A stretch of DNA of 64,000 bases from Mesotaenium endlicherianum (Eukaryota): assembly GCA_009602735.1 (NCBI GenBank), contig WELA01003597.1, forward strand, positions 124,001 to 188,000, given 5' to 3'. A program made the position numbers and the translations under genes. Positions 26,125 through 39,563 of this stretch are shown in pieces (the first letter of the stretch is position 1; each line of letters opens with the position of its first letter). The notes below the pieces were generated by a model, which saw only the letters and a program-made list of their open reading frames with translations, had not been told where the DNA came from and ran no database searches.

Positions 26125-29100
26125 ATGACGGGTGACAAAGAACGTCCAGGGGAGGGCCCGCACAGGAAAAAGAGGTCATTGTTCTATGCGAGGCGAGGTG
26201 CAGATGATGGAAATGACAGCAGAACTGAGAGTGAAGGCAACTCTCCAACGAAGCTGCGTGTTTCAGCTGGTAATCTCGACTTCATTGCTGGCACTGCTTT
26301 AGAATGAGTGCGACCTAGGAAAAAGACCGTCTTGAAGAGCTGCTGGCGGTAGGTGCTTCGTTCCGCTCTTATCCAGCAGAGGATGAAAGACGTGGACGCT
26401 CTCACCAGCACAGTCCTCTTCCCTTCTTATCAGGGCTGATGATGTCCCATCAGCTCGTAGCTTTGGAACATATACTTATCCTGACATTGAGCTCTCATAT
26501 GCAGACCACGAGGCAGAAACATCTGCAAGGGAAGTTATGGGAGAAACCTTTGATTTGGAGGCAAGGGCCAAACATATCAGGCAGTCCGCAGCGTGGTATC
26601 ATGCACAATGTCTGGAGTGTTGCCAAGACCTGCTTGTTAGTCAACGAAACTGGCAGCTTGTAAGTATGCTTCTCCACCACATGTGGCAACAGCCTAGTCT
26701 GCAGGCAGCACGCCTTCTTCCTTGCTTATCTGCTATTTAAGGTTTGTCTTGTTGCACCTTCAGGTCCCTGCAGGTCACTAGCGTGGCAGGTTCTTGTCAG
26801 CAGCCTTGGAGGAATGCAGGTAGAGCTCGGGTACTGTGAGACAGCGAAGAAGTTTGGATCCTGCCCCTGCCTCTGCTTGTGCAGAGCTTTTCATTTTTCA
26901 ACCATTTCAGTCGCGGGTTCCACAGCGCTCTAGTAGCAGTTGTGTCATGATAATTGGTGCAAGCAAAGAGTGCGGCAGGCACTGAGCTATCCACGCATTG
27001 TCATGCGGCCTCGTGCCTGCATCTCACGTGCTCCCGCTACTGTATGACCTTGCTCATGTTGACTAACATGTCATGGTGGAACATTGTTAACTTGACGATA
27101 ATATATCCACTATTTGACCCACGTGGTCTTTCTGATTATGCGCGCCACCACCTTCGCGGCAGAAGCTTCTACTTTCAGCGGGCTCTCATGTTTGTCTGGG
27201 CTACTACTGCCAACAGTCTTAGTGGTCTGTGTCAGGCGCGTGCTCTGGGCTAGCACCTTGCCTTGGGTTGATGGCCACGACTCAGTCTTTGGGTCTTGTT
27301 CATCAGCATGTCTTGAAATGTTTCAGAAGCGGTCAGAGGCTTGTGTGCGGGTGACTTGGCATATGCAGGAGGAAGACGGGCTGCTTCGCCCTCGCCCTCG
27401 TCACCTGCAGACAGCGCAGCAGCAGCAGCAGCAGACGGGGCCTCAGCCTCAGCTAGCAGCCGCAGCAGGTGAGCCGGGGGCTAAGGGCTTGAGGAGGGGC
27501 AAGGTGGCTCTCACTGGGCCACCGTCTGTGGGGCAGCAGCAGCAGCAGCAGCAGAAGAGGACGAAGGCCAAGGTGCGGCGGCAGGAGCTGTGGCGTAGCG
27601 ATGAGCGCGAGGCTCTGCGCAGAGCCCTGCTCACCTTCGGCCTCGGCCGCTCCGAGAAGGTGCGTGCTGGTGGTCGTATACGGCTGAAGGCCGGAGTTGC
27701 TGCTGCACTGCGTGCTGTGCACGGGGGACACAACCTCCTGCCCTGCTCTTCGGTGCTGTGCTGGCTTATTGCCTGTGAAGTAGATTGGATGGCTGCTACA
27801 GCATCTGAGAGGAAGTACATCTTGTGATGGCTGGCAAGCATGCGTTTCTTGTCGGGCTCGTTTGAGTGGAAGTGCCGGTAGTTGGCTCGCATGTCTTCCT
27901 GTTGTTGTCACTGAGAGTTGAGGTCGACCGTGTCTGGGGCTGATGACCAAGCGTGGGACTTGGGGGCGACAGGTGCGCAACAGCATGAGCACATCGCTCA
28001 AGGAAGAGGTGCGGCACGGCGTGGGCGACATCGTGGATGCCAGCTGGTACTTTCTGACGGCGTGCTCGCAGCAGCGGCACACGGACCCCAAAGACCGCGC
28101 GTGGGCCGACAAGCGCCTGGCGGAGGTGGCGCGCCAGGGCGGCGTGCAGGTGGGGCAGGCAGTGGCGCTGCGCGTGGGCGACTCGGACAAGCTTGCACAA
28201 TCCGGCAGCTCCTGGGTGCGCCGCCTGCGCCTGCTGGACCACCTTGTGAGTTGCCCGCGTCCCACTCTCGTCACTTTTCTGTTGCCAGCTAGTGTGTGTG
28301 CGCACGAGCGCGTGTGCGCGTGTGTGTGTATATGCTTTGTGCCATCCCCACTTCCTCCCATGCCTGCTTCCCGCCCCCTGTGATGTTCCGCCATTGCCAT
28401 GGGGGGGACGTGGCCCCTTGTTGCTCACTACGAGTGCCACGCCCTATGCAGCAAGCCCCTCCTCGTTGCGCATGCGTGGGCCCCGACGGCCCTGAGAGTC
28501 TCTCTTGATGGATGGGTGCCATCGTGAGCAGAGTGATGTGGTGAGGCTGTGCGCCAGCAAAGACACCGTGCAGGCCGCGTGCCGCGAGATCGAGTCCCTG
28601 CGCGATGCCACTCTGCCAGCTGCCTGGTGGGACCGCGAGTGCGACCTGGCGCTGCTCTCGGGCGTGTACAAGCTCGGGTACGGCAGCTACGACGCCATCA
28701 GGCGCGACCCCCAGTTCTCCTCCGCCTTCGCCAAGGCGGCTGCGTCTCCTGCTGCTGGGGGGGAAGGAGCGACAGCTTCCATCATCGTGCAGCCGAAGAG
28801 GGAGACAGAAGGCGGCGGCGAGAGTGCAGATATCAGGCCCGGTACCCATCATGGCCACAAGGCCCCTCCCCAGCAGCAGCTGCTCGGGTAAGCAGTCTTC
28901 CACTGCGTGGGCAAATAGTACCAAATTATGGTGCCTCTGCAGTTTGGCATTCGTTGCTCACCAAGGGAGAGGGCAAGGGGGCAGCAGCGGCGGCGACGGA
29001 GGAGGAGGAGGGCTTGCGGGCAGCGCCTTGGAGTGGCCAGATGCGAACTCCCTGACCAGGCGGCTGAAGCGCCTGGTGGAGCATCTCGTTCGCGTCAAGA

Positions 29101-32100
29101 AGGGGGTGGGTGGGCAACCTCTCTATCTCTCTCTGTCTGTGCGTCTCTGCAGCTGTCATGCCCATGGACACAGAAAGAGCCATGGTGTGGCCTGTGCTGG
29201 TGCTCTGCGGTGTCCAGCTTTGCAGTAGGCTAGCGGCTGCTTGCAGCTGTCAGTCGGTCACTTTGTTCCCAATTATTCGCCTTTTGCCGGCACCACACAC
29301 GTGGTCCTATGCATCTGCACATAGCCCGTTGAAGATTCCGAGCCCTGATGGGTGGCAGTTGCCTTTCACCTACAAAGCAGGTCATGCATGGTGCTTGCTC
29401 GTCTGAACTCTTATCGGCATGCGCTTGGGAGCGGATCATTGCGCAGCTGGAGCGCCCCAAGGCAAGCTCTCTGGCAACCGCAAAAAGCAAGGCGGCAGCG
29501 GGAGAGGAGGAGGAGGAGCAGGGTGATGCAAAGGGGGAGGGTTTGACAACGACTGGGATGAGGAAGGGGGTAGGCAGCAGCAGCAGTGAGCTGGCGTGGA
29601 GCAAGCGCGAGAAGCTGGAGCTTGTCCGCACCCTCACCCTGTGGGGCCTCCCCCATGTGAGGCCTTCTTTGCTCTCTCTTTGCCTCAGCTGTCGTAGTAA
29701 GCAAGGCTGCTGCTTCTTGCAACCCTTACTCGTTCCTTGCTGCAGCTCCTGGGTGGTCATCGCACACTCCACTCCTGTTCAAGCTTTTGCTTCTGCATGC
29801 ATCTGCTGCTTGTTGTCCGATGCGTCTCCCTGCGTGTCTTTCTCGGTTCTCAGAACGTACCCTGAGCCCACTGGACCATACTTGATTGGCGCTGCTCAGG
29901 CAGCGGGAGGGGGCGTGAGCTGGAAGACGGTGCGCGACAAGGCGAGCGTGAGGGGCGTGAAGATGAGGAGCAACGCGGAGGTGGAGGCCGCGTTTGAGGA
30001 GCTGCGCTCCGAGATGCTCCTGCAGCTGGCCACCCTCGCGGGGCGCGCGGACGCTGCTGCTGCTCCCGCGGAGGCGGCCAAGATGACGCCCAAGCAGAAG
30101 AAGCGCAAGGGCGTGCTTGCTGCCCACCCCAGCGTGTGCCCCGTAGGTGTCCCCTCCCCCCCTTCGTTCGAGGTTGCAAGCAAGCGGAGGGGCGGCGGAT
30201 CTGTGCAGCCAGCATTCACAAGCGCAGGAGGAGGGCACGTGCATGCATGAGTTAGGGCCTGACGTTCACCCGGTGCTGCATGCTTGGCGGCTCTCTGTCA
30301 GCTAGTTAAGGAGCCAGAAGGAAGCATTGGCCCCTTTCTGGTGCTACTCGGCATGAGCAGGACCCAGTGGGCTGCTGCTTCCTGCAAGGAGGGAGTGGCT
30401 GTCCGGGATCCGCGTCTGCCGGACGAGTGGATGCGTGTCACTCACGCGTGCGTGGGGATGGGGGGATGGATGGCATGCTCGTGCGGCAGTGCCTGCTGTG
30501 CTGGCAGGCGAAGCGCGCCAAGGCAGCCGGCAAGGCCAAGGCCGAGGCGGAAGCGGGCACGGGAGCAGACATTCCCACCAGAGGTCCTGCAAATCCGCCA
30601 GCTGTGCTCACCCAAAGCAGCGCTGTAAGCACAGCACAGCCTGCTTAACCCCCTTCTCCTCTCCCTCCAGCTCATATCCTGGCACAAGAGTTGATTCGTT
30701 TGTCTGTGCGCTTGCTGCTGCCACCTGTCTGCAAGGAAAAGAGGGGGGGTGAGGATGGGGCGCTTCACTAGTTCTGCAACATCGCCCTTTTTCCCGTCTT
30801 TCTCCCTTCTCTCTGAGCATGTGTATGTGTCTGTTACAGAGAGAGCTCACAAACCGGAACGTTTCAGATGAGGCATCGAGTAGGCTTTGGGAAAGAGAGA
30901 GGAAGAGCAGCAGAAAGGGTTGACGGAGGTGGGGGCCGCGGGTGGGGGCACAGGTGAAGTTGAAGGAGAGGCTGGAGCTGATGGAGACGCTGCGCAGAGC
31001 GCAGGCTGCTCTGGGCGCCGACTGGGGCGGCCTGCGGCTGTCCGTGTACCGCAGCCAGGAGCTGCCCTCCTGGTGGCTCCCCGCCGCTCACGACCGTGCT
31101 CTTGCTCAGGTAGAGCTGCCCACCATTTGTCTCCCCGCTCGCCCGCCCGCCCGCCCGCTCGGCTGGCTGGCCGGTTCCCTGCTGTCTTGGACGCGCCATA
31201 CACGGCGTTGGCTGTGACACTCGCGTACCTGCTTGCGCGCCCGTGCAGAACACGCCAATCTCTTCCCGGTGGACCAGGACAGAGTGACACGTGGCTATCT
31301 GCGGATGTGGTTCATTCGTTTTGGGCTATGTGGCGGCATTTTTCTTGCACAATGGTTGCTGTATAGGCGTTTGTGGTTCCCCCCCCTTCATCATCTACGT
31401 GCTACTTCGAGGCTGAGAGGTTTGTGGCAGGAGCCGCCAGCGTTACAGAATGCGATCGTACTCCAGGGCACAATGGAGGTAGGCTGTTGATGCGCTTGCA
31501 TGCGCATCTGGTGCTGTCGCTGCAGGGAGTCCTCAAGCACGGCTTTGGGAGCTGGGCGGCCATTTTCAAGGACCCCGCTCTCCCGTTTGCGTCGCTGGGT
31601 GCCCCTTCTGGTGCGGCCGCTGCTGCTGCCGCTGCTCCCACAGCCACACCCGGTGGCAAGACGCTGGTAAAGCGCCTCAAGTATCTGGAGAAGGTGCTGC
31701 ACCGCCACCTCCTCAAGGTACGCTGGACTCCATCCGCATCTGTCCTCCCTCGCTGCCTCCCTCTTTCTGTGCTGGTTCCCTACCCTGCTGGCAGGCAGGC
31801 AGAGGCTCCAGCTACCACCATCCTTCCCTGTGGTGGCATGTGTGACATCTCCCTCACTGCCTCCCTCTTTCTGTGCTGATTCCCTACCCTGCTGGCAGGC
31901 AGGCAGAGGCTCCAGCTACCACCATCCTCCCCTGTGGTGGCGTTATAGAATATGTGTGATATGTGCTTTTTCCGACGACCTCATGCAATGCACGCTGGGT
32001 GTCCCACCGTGAGACCAGCACGCGCACGGGCTGTACCCATCAAGGCTCTCTTACCGAGCAACAACACCTGTAGAGCAACACACCTTTCCTTGCCTTGTCA

Positions 32101-34035
32101 ATTTTCTTGCCTCTGCAGATGAAGGGCCGGAGAGGCCCTCAGAAGAGGAGGCCTGCACCGAGCGCCAAAACCCTGAAGGAGGAGGGAGAGGAGGATGCTC
32201 CAGGGGGGGGCAAGGAGGCTGTGGAGGACGACAAGGAGAGGCGGAGGGAGAGGCCGGAGAAGGGCGTGATGATGCACGTGCCCAACAAGTACAAGTACAT
32301 GCGCGCCGTGGAGGTGCAGCGCCACCCCGACGGCACCCCGGTGCTGCCCCTGGCCCTGTCGGAGCGCCTCACGCTCACGGCCCTGGTGGGTGCCTGCTGC
32401 CCCCGTCTCCCCACCCGCCATCGCGCCTCCACATGCCTGCCACTTGCCTCTCAAGCACCCGCTCAGCTGCCGCTCCTGTCTTGATGCAATCTTGACCAGC
32501 GCATGTGCGTATGCCTTCTCCCGGGGCGCTTGTCTGAGTTCTCTGTCTGACTTTTTCCCGCCTGCCTAAATGCAGTGCAGGTGAAGTCGTGAGTGGCTCC
32601 AAAAGGGAGGGGGGGGCTTGGAGGAACGGAACGTGAATAGAGAGGGAAGATGTATGTTTGTGTGCGCCAGCGGCCTGCCTGACTGTCTGCCTGCTGGCTG
32701 GCTGGGTTGGCTGCAGGGCACAGTGGAGCCGAGCAGGGCGGGCTTCCACACGGAGCGCCACATCTTCCCCGTGGGGTTCAGCACGGTGCGCGACCATTCC
32801 AGCATGCTGTATGCGGGGCAGCGCACGATGTACACCAACAGCATCGTGGACGCGGGTGAGCGCGGGGCCGTGTTCCGCGTGGTGCCCGCGGACGCGCCCC
32901 AGATGGTGGTGGAGCGCGACTCCGCGTCCGGGGCCTGGGTGGCCGTCTGCACCGCCGTCAACAAGGCCAAGGGCATCGAGCGCGACAAGGTAGCTGACGG
33001 CGCCCGCCTGCCTTGTGCCGTTTATGCATGTGTGCTTCTTCATTTTCTTTTAAGTTCATCGTTCAGGAAGAGAAGAGGTGACTGTCTCTGCCCTGAGTGG
33101 TGAGAAGTTGGTGCTGAGTGGACAAGGCCGCCGGCTGATATGCAACAAGGGGGGGGCGGGGGGGGGTGCGTGAGCGTGAGCAGGTGACCATCAGTGGCAC
33201 GGAAATGTTTGGGCTCTCGCATCCCGTGGTGTGTCGCCTCATCCAGGAGCTGCCTGGGGCTGCAGAGTGCGCCAACTTCAGAGCCGACCTCTCCTTCTCC
33301 CGCTACGAGCGCAGCCCCTTCCTCCTGCCACCTCTGCCTCCCAGCAATGCTCCTCTTGCCCAACAGAGACAGCGCAAGGAGAGGCAGCCGCTGCTGGCTG
33401 ACCCCTCGGCCGGGCTACAAGCAGACACAAGCGGTGATGCAGCTGCTGCTGCAGCAGCGGACGAGAGCAGGGGGGACAGTGCCGCGGCCACCACGTCCGG
33501 GCACCGCAATTCGGAAGAGTACGAGCTGGATCTCAACAAGCAGTACAGCGATCAGGGGACAGGCGAGGACGCTGAGATGATGGAGCACGACGGTGTGTTT
33601 GCTGGACCAAATGCTGGAGATCCCTACAGGGAGCATGCGCTGCGCCAGGGCCCTCCTCTTCAAGGACAGAATGGGCTGCCTGTTTGGCACGGGGGCGCTA
33701 GGCAAGGAGAAGATGCGAACGAGGACAGTCACTACTCCTCTGGGAGGGCTGGGAGAGGCGACAACTTCGACCTGAATCAAGAGGGTGACGCGGAAGCAGC
33801 TTTTGAGGATGAAGACGAGGCGGAGCCGGGCGACGATGCTGTGGGCAGACGGCACTCGTGGGTGAGCAAGGAAGGCTCAGTCAGCGCCAGCCACGTTGAC
33901 AGCGAGGACTTGCGGGCCCAGCTGCATGCTCAAGCTCAGGGGGCTCCATACGGGCCACCCCTTGAGGAGGAGAGAGGTGAAGAGACTGAAGACGAAGACG
34001 ACGACGAGGATGCAACGGAGGGTGATGACGATTAG
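26125..34035 (+). CDS. CHD6-9/Kismet-like C-terminal (tandem SANT/SLIDE-like) + FYRN/FYRC protein lacking chromodomains and SNF2 ATPase
   Basis: Exons 26125-26269, 26505-26659, 27369-27659, 27973-.. through to 33184-34035. Motifs: WRSDEREALRRALLTFGLGR, WWDRECDLALLSGVYKLGYGSYDAIRRDPQF, WPDANSLTRRLKRLV, WSKREKLELVRTLTLWG, LPSWW..HDRALAQGVLKHGFGSWAAIFKDPALPF. FYRN: LGTVEPSRAGFHTERHIFPVGF. FYRC: SASGAW..ISGTEMFGLSHPVVCRLIQELPGAAEC. Acidic tail. Confidence 0.85.
31753..31941. repeat. Intronic ~85-bp near-identical duplication (104-bp period)
   Basis: CTGCCTCCCTCTTTCTGTGCTG..CCTACCCTGCTGGCAGGCAGGCAGAGGCTCCAGCTACCACCATCC..CCCTGTGGTGGC at 31753-31837 and 31857-31941. Confidence 0.9.
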
Positions 34036-34726
34036 GAGCTCGTGGTCCTGTTCATTGTGGACCTTTTTTTTATGCGCTGTCTTCATTGGCTATGTGGAGG
34101 CTGCTCCTACCCGTCCTTGAGCTGTGACTTTCCTCATCAAGTGGCTCATGTGAGCTCCACTGTGGAAGATGTATAGGGTACGACGGCTAACCTGTGTTAG
34201 GTCAAAAGCATCTGCCGCCTTTTGGTCTGGTGGTCCAAGAGCAGACCGGTCTCTGTACAATGTACTTGCCAACAATGATAAGCGCTGTCGCAGTAGCATT
34301 CTTGTGTCCATGAGCTTCATTGACAGCTGGACTGACGTTGCTGGGCTTCAGAGAATGACCAGTAGGATCTAAGTGTTCAGGAAAATATTGCAAAAGTGGA
34401 CCAGTTGTGCTGTTTTGCTTTGCCGCGGCGGGCTGTATGCATCTCTGTTGCTGTGGCCAGCCTCCTCATGTGGCGCAAACACAAAGCTTGAGGTGACTCA
34501 GCGTTCTGAAGCTTGCATGTTACCTTCTCACTCAGTGTAGTGTGCAATATGTATACTTGTAGTAATGGAAGCTGTACATTTCTGGCCTATGGTCCAGAGC
34601 GGTTTCTATAAACTTGAAAGCTGGGCTAGGGGCTGGGGTCCGGTTCACATTGTGGAGATATTAGCAGCAGAACATTATCGCATAGCCTGAGGAACATGCA
34701 GCCTTGACCCCTAATACCTCGCTGTA

Positions 34727-37156
34727 TCAAACAGCGGGGCTGAGCGGCTGCTGCCGCGAAGGGCTGCTATCTTCCTTTCTACAGAATTCCCCCTTGTAAT
34801 AACTGCGAGTAAGATATGACAAGACAACGGAGGCCAAGGCAGCTACAGCGCACGAGAATGCCATGACAAAGAAGGTCGTCTGGAAGCAGTGGGTGCCGTG
34901 GCACATGAGAGCTGCCGTGGGCGAGGGCGGCGTTAAGTCCACCGACCCTGGAGGAGGCTGCGTGAGAGAATGCAGCTCCTTCTCGGCCTCCACGTCATAC
35001 AAGTAGCCCGCAACGCACACTGAGAGCAGGTAAGACCCCGTGGGGTTGGTAATGGTGAGCCAGTTGTAGATGTTCCCGAACGAGTGCAGCCCGAAGACCT
35101 CGGACGCGACAGCTGGCATGAGGCCCCACTGCGCGCCGTAGCACAGGCCCACGACCGCCGATCCTATGTACAGAGCCCCCGGGATGTTGATGGCAAACAG
35201 GAGATGCCCAACGCCGAGCAGCAGCTGCGTGAGCACCATGAAGACCGGGCGGGGCCACCCGAACTCCTGCACTAGGTACTCCGGAATGTACCCGCCCCCG
35301 ACTCTCCCAAAAAAGTTCCAAATGCTCATCAGGGACACCAGCACGCCCACTGTGTCCTGCCCATACCCCAACGAGCGCCCTATCTGCCCCAGGTTGTTGA
35401 TGGCTGTCAGGCCTGAGCCGGAAGCCAGCGTCATGGAGACGTAGATGAGCCAGAACTCCGCCGTGGCAAAGGCTTGTAGCAGAGTGTGGTCCTCCCCCAG
35501 CTTGGGCCTGCCTGCTGCAGCCGCATGGTGGCTGCAGAGCAGCAGTCTCCCCTTGCCTTTGGCTCCCTCCTCGTCGAGTCCCTCACCTGCGGAGTCTGTG
35601 CCTCCTCCGCGAATCAGAGGCTCCTGTTCCGATGCCAGGCCACGTGGCAGTCTGTTGCGCTTTAACAGCAAGCCTCGTCCGCCGCCGCCACCACCACCGC
35701 CCAGATCACTGCTGACGGAGCCGCCCTCAGGAGACTGCCGGTCTTCCGGGCTCAGACTCCCTGCTGCATCCTCGCCCTCCGCCCTCCCCCCTTCCACCAG
35801 CCCCAGGCCCTCTTCTTCTGATGCACCATCACAGGCCTCCTTCTCCTTCTCCTCCTGCTGCTGCTGCTGCTGCTGCTGCTTCAGAGCAAAGATAGCAGGC
35901 AGGGCAAGGAGCACGAGCGCTCCTGCCACCACAGCGGCGCTGGCCTCCTTGGACACAGCCGTGGCGCTATCCAGCAGGTTGGCTCCCAGCAAGTACAGCG
36001 CCAGGCTGGTGGAGCCCGCCAGAATGAGCAGCAGGTTGGCCTTCTCCGCGGGGTCCTCCGCCGTGTAGGGCACCAGGTGCACCACGGGCATGATAAGCAG
36101 CGCCGTCGCGGCAGGCAGCCAGCTCGCCAGGAACAGAAAGGCGTCGCGGTCCGGCGCGTACAGCGCCAGGTAGATCTGCGTGAAGATTGCCCCGCCCAGC
36201 CCGATGTAGCCCTGCAGCATCGCCCCGCGTCAGAAGAGTCCATCAGCATGGTGCCGCCAGCTGGCAGAGGCAGAGGCAGAGGCAGAGGCTGGATGGTGCA
36301 TCAGCGTGGGCTCAACAGCAGCGTTGCACTCTTGTTGAGGTGAACCAAGCACCGCACCCCAATGTCTCTGGTCAAAGGAGGAAGGCAGCAGCAAACACAC
36401 TACTTCCCAGGGTGCAGACCCTCACTCCTGAAAGTCATTCTGTTTACTCGCACGTAGCAGACCTTGAAGCATTTAGCACGCACAAAGAAGGCTGCCACAC
36501 TTCTGCTTGCGTTCCTTCGTGCCCCTCAAACCCCCCCCCCCCCCTCCAAAAGCNNNNNNNNNNNNNNNNNNNNNNNNNNNNNNNNNNNNNNNNNNNNNNN
36601 NNNNNNNNNNNNNNNCCCCCCCCCCCCCTCCAAAAGCCACAAAGCCGATAAAGTTGGTGGGTGCGACCTCAACTGAAATAACGCAATCCGGGATCCATAT
36701 TACCTTGAGCAGGCCCACGACAGGCCCCCGGCTGGCGGGAAAGTTCTTGACGCACGTGACCAGGGTGGCAGTGTTGAAGAACGTCGCCCCGTTGGTCCCG
36801 ATGCAGATGTAGATGCACATGGCCCAGAAGGGGGGCGTGCTGATTCTCTTGGTGAGAGCCAGCCACAGCATGAGGTACCCAAACAGGTTCTCCAGCCCCC
36901 CCACGAGGAGCACCACATAGGTGGGGGCGATGGCACCTATGAAACCCGACGTGATGCCTACATTCCCGCCGATGTCTTTGGCCATGCCCAGCCCGTCCAC
37001 CATGGTCTGGCTATACCCAAGCGTGGTCTTGAGGCTCTGGGAGTAAAGAGAGTACATGTAGCCTATCCCAGCACACGATTCCATCCATGTGGCCGCAGCC
37101 AGACCTAGCCATCTGTTCCTCAGCACGCTATGCCAGGTGGACATCCTCGATGCCAT
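34727..37156 (-). CDS. Nodulin-like / NFD4-family major facilitator superfamily transporter
   Basis: Two exons (37156-36704, 36211-34727): NRWLGLAAATWMESCAG, AKDIGGNVG, FFNTATLVTCVKNFPASRGPVVGLLK|GYIGLGGAIFTQIY, PKLGEDHTLLQAF, GSGLTAINNLGQIG, SIWNFFGRVGGG, CHGTHCF. Multiple hydrophobic helices. Confidence 0.95.
36554..36615. other. Assembly gap (N run) in poly-C tract inside MFS intron
   Basis: The Ns are flanked on both sides by C(n)TCCAAAAGC. Confidence 0.95.
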
Positions 37157-39159
37157 CACCAAAGAAACGTTTTTTTGCTGGTCAGGCCCCCCTATATGTG
37201 CATGACTGTTGTCGGGATTTAATCCTTTTTGAGTTTACGAGCTGCCTGGATCAAACGCCTGCATGTCTACATATTGGCCGGGCCCGCAAGCCAAAGAGCC
37301 AGAAAAGACTCAGTGCCAAGAGAAGGAGGTACCAGACCAGAATGCCTGCTTATCCCCAGCAGCGGGCCACTTCACCTCCAGGAAAAGAAGATAAAAGACC
37401 TTCAAGAGCTATTTGGGAGGCTTCCGTATCTTCAGCCAGTCCTACATAAGTTAAAGATGAAACTGTTCACTGATATGTTATGAAAGTTCAGGCCAGGATA
37501 CTTGAGCCCAAAGTTCTACATTATGTTTCGAGACCCTGATCAGCATGCAGGACGTCACATCATACAGGAGGGGCCTCCATGACGTGTTCGAAGTCTTAAA
37601 CTTGCAATCACTGTCTTCAACCACTTGACTTGTTTCGGGGTGCCTTCAAGCTCACTCAGTGACACTAGGTTATGCAACAGAACGTCGAAGGATAAAGAAC
37701 GGACAAGCAAAGGCCTTGGCGGAACTGATCCAAATATTTCTTGAAGCCCAACGGAATTCTGACTAGAATAGAGGGGAAGGTACGATAATTCATGCCTAAG
37801 GGTATGCCATTAAGCACATGTAGGACCAACACAGGACAAGTAAGAAGGGCATCACTTTAGAGTTCCCCATCATTCCCCATTGAATGATCGTCGACTATGA
37901 CCGAGAGGGTCAGTGGAGAGCAAATTATTCACGACTGAACGTGCCTGCATGTACTATAGTATTACCATCTGTGGAGTGCGCACTTCCCGGTAATACTCTA
38001 AGCGCAATGTAATCACGTGGATGAAGACGCTACAGTCCAGAAACGGGTATTTAGCTGATAGATTGGCACGCGCGAGTGCGCGCCAAGGATGGATCGTAGT
38101 TGACATAGCTTCTAACCACTTTTAACTGCCTAACCCCGGAACATGCAAGCCAAACAATGCAATCCAGACCAGCCAAAATAGGTTACAAAATTATATGCCA
38201 ACTTCTTGTTCAGATCCATCACATCAGGAGACTTACGAACTTCGGAAGGAATGGGCAGAGTAAAATTGGTATGCAATTTAGCAAGTGATTTGCTCCAAAC
38301 TATACTAATGACTCCCTTGATAGGTGCGCTTATTATTGTATCTCATAATGGACTAGAGACCGCCCTTGGGGTGTAGTAAATGTAGTAGACGCATCATGTT
38401 ATGGATAGCTATAGGATCATCACATGGTACACCATTGGTGATTAAAAACAGTGACATATGGAAATTTTAGATGCTCTCAAGACGCCTTGACAGTGTTAAG
38501 CTACTTATAACCGTTTTTTTGGCTACGACTCTCACTTCGTGGCAAGTTCTGCTTTCATACCACTTGTTTGAACGTCAACCACAAAACATCTCACGAGATA
38601 AAGAAGGGGACTATCCATGACTACGAGGAGAGCATTCATTTCACAGAGAGTGTCACCACTATGACGAGTTTGCAAGACCACATGCCGCGTTGCATGAGTG
38701 AATTAGTTCAAGCTTTAGCACGTCTTCCTTGTGCCAAAGAGGAAAACTGGTCAACGTCCTGAAGTGCTGCGGGAAGGTGCCTACCTACACATCGGGATTT
38801 CAGATGAGGACTAGTAGACGTCTAACATGAGATTCCAAGAGGCCAACAACAACTGCAGCTCTTTTGAGCATCTTGCCAGAACCCTGTCATAGCATTGACT
38901 GTCCATAACATTTTCTCTTGTAGCTCTAGAGTATGTAGAACCAACAATACTCTGCTTCCACAAGCTCCAATGTTTCCCGAGCTTTGGGTTGCCAATGTCA
39001 TGCACCTTCTCACCTCCTAGCAAGAATGCTCTTGGAAGGCTTCTTCCACCTTGGAGCACCGTGTTGAGCGAGAGGACGAAGAACTGTCCAACGTAACTTC
39101 GCTCTTGCTCTTCTATTCGATAAACGAAGGCAGGCTCTAAGAAGGAGGGGTCTTCTACT

Positions 39160-39500
39160 CTAAACCAGGGCAGGGATGTAGATCTGCTCGAGCAGATTCT
39201 GGGTGGCGTTCTCAGTGGGGAAGCACCTCACGGCGCCAGTTGTCCACTGTGCAATGATGCCGGCACAGATGGCAAACCGCAGTGCTCGCTTCAATTTTTC
39301 CTCATCCTTGAGAATCTCCGGCATGGTCGTCAGCTTCCTTATCATGGCTGCACACACCCCCGACATGCATACCTTGATAATTAACCACCCGTGCATGATG
39401 CACTGCATGCACGCAAATTGCACGCCGGCGTGTGCCCGCGGGCGAGAGAGGGGGATAGAGCGGGAGACAGCGCGTGCGTGTGTGCGTGTGTGTGTATGTA

Positions 39501-39563
<63 letters not shown>

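Noticed and set aside
30868..30879. Possible 12-nt microexon (ATGAGGCATCGA) in the CHD-like gene
   Set aside because: The flanking exons already join in frame (LTQSSA|VKLKERLEL). Cannot be supported without transcripts.
36525..36640. Duplicated C(n)TCCAAAAGC around the N gap
   Set aside because: Most likely a scaffolding overlap artefact at a homopolymer rather than a real duplication.
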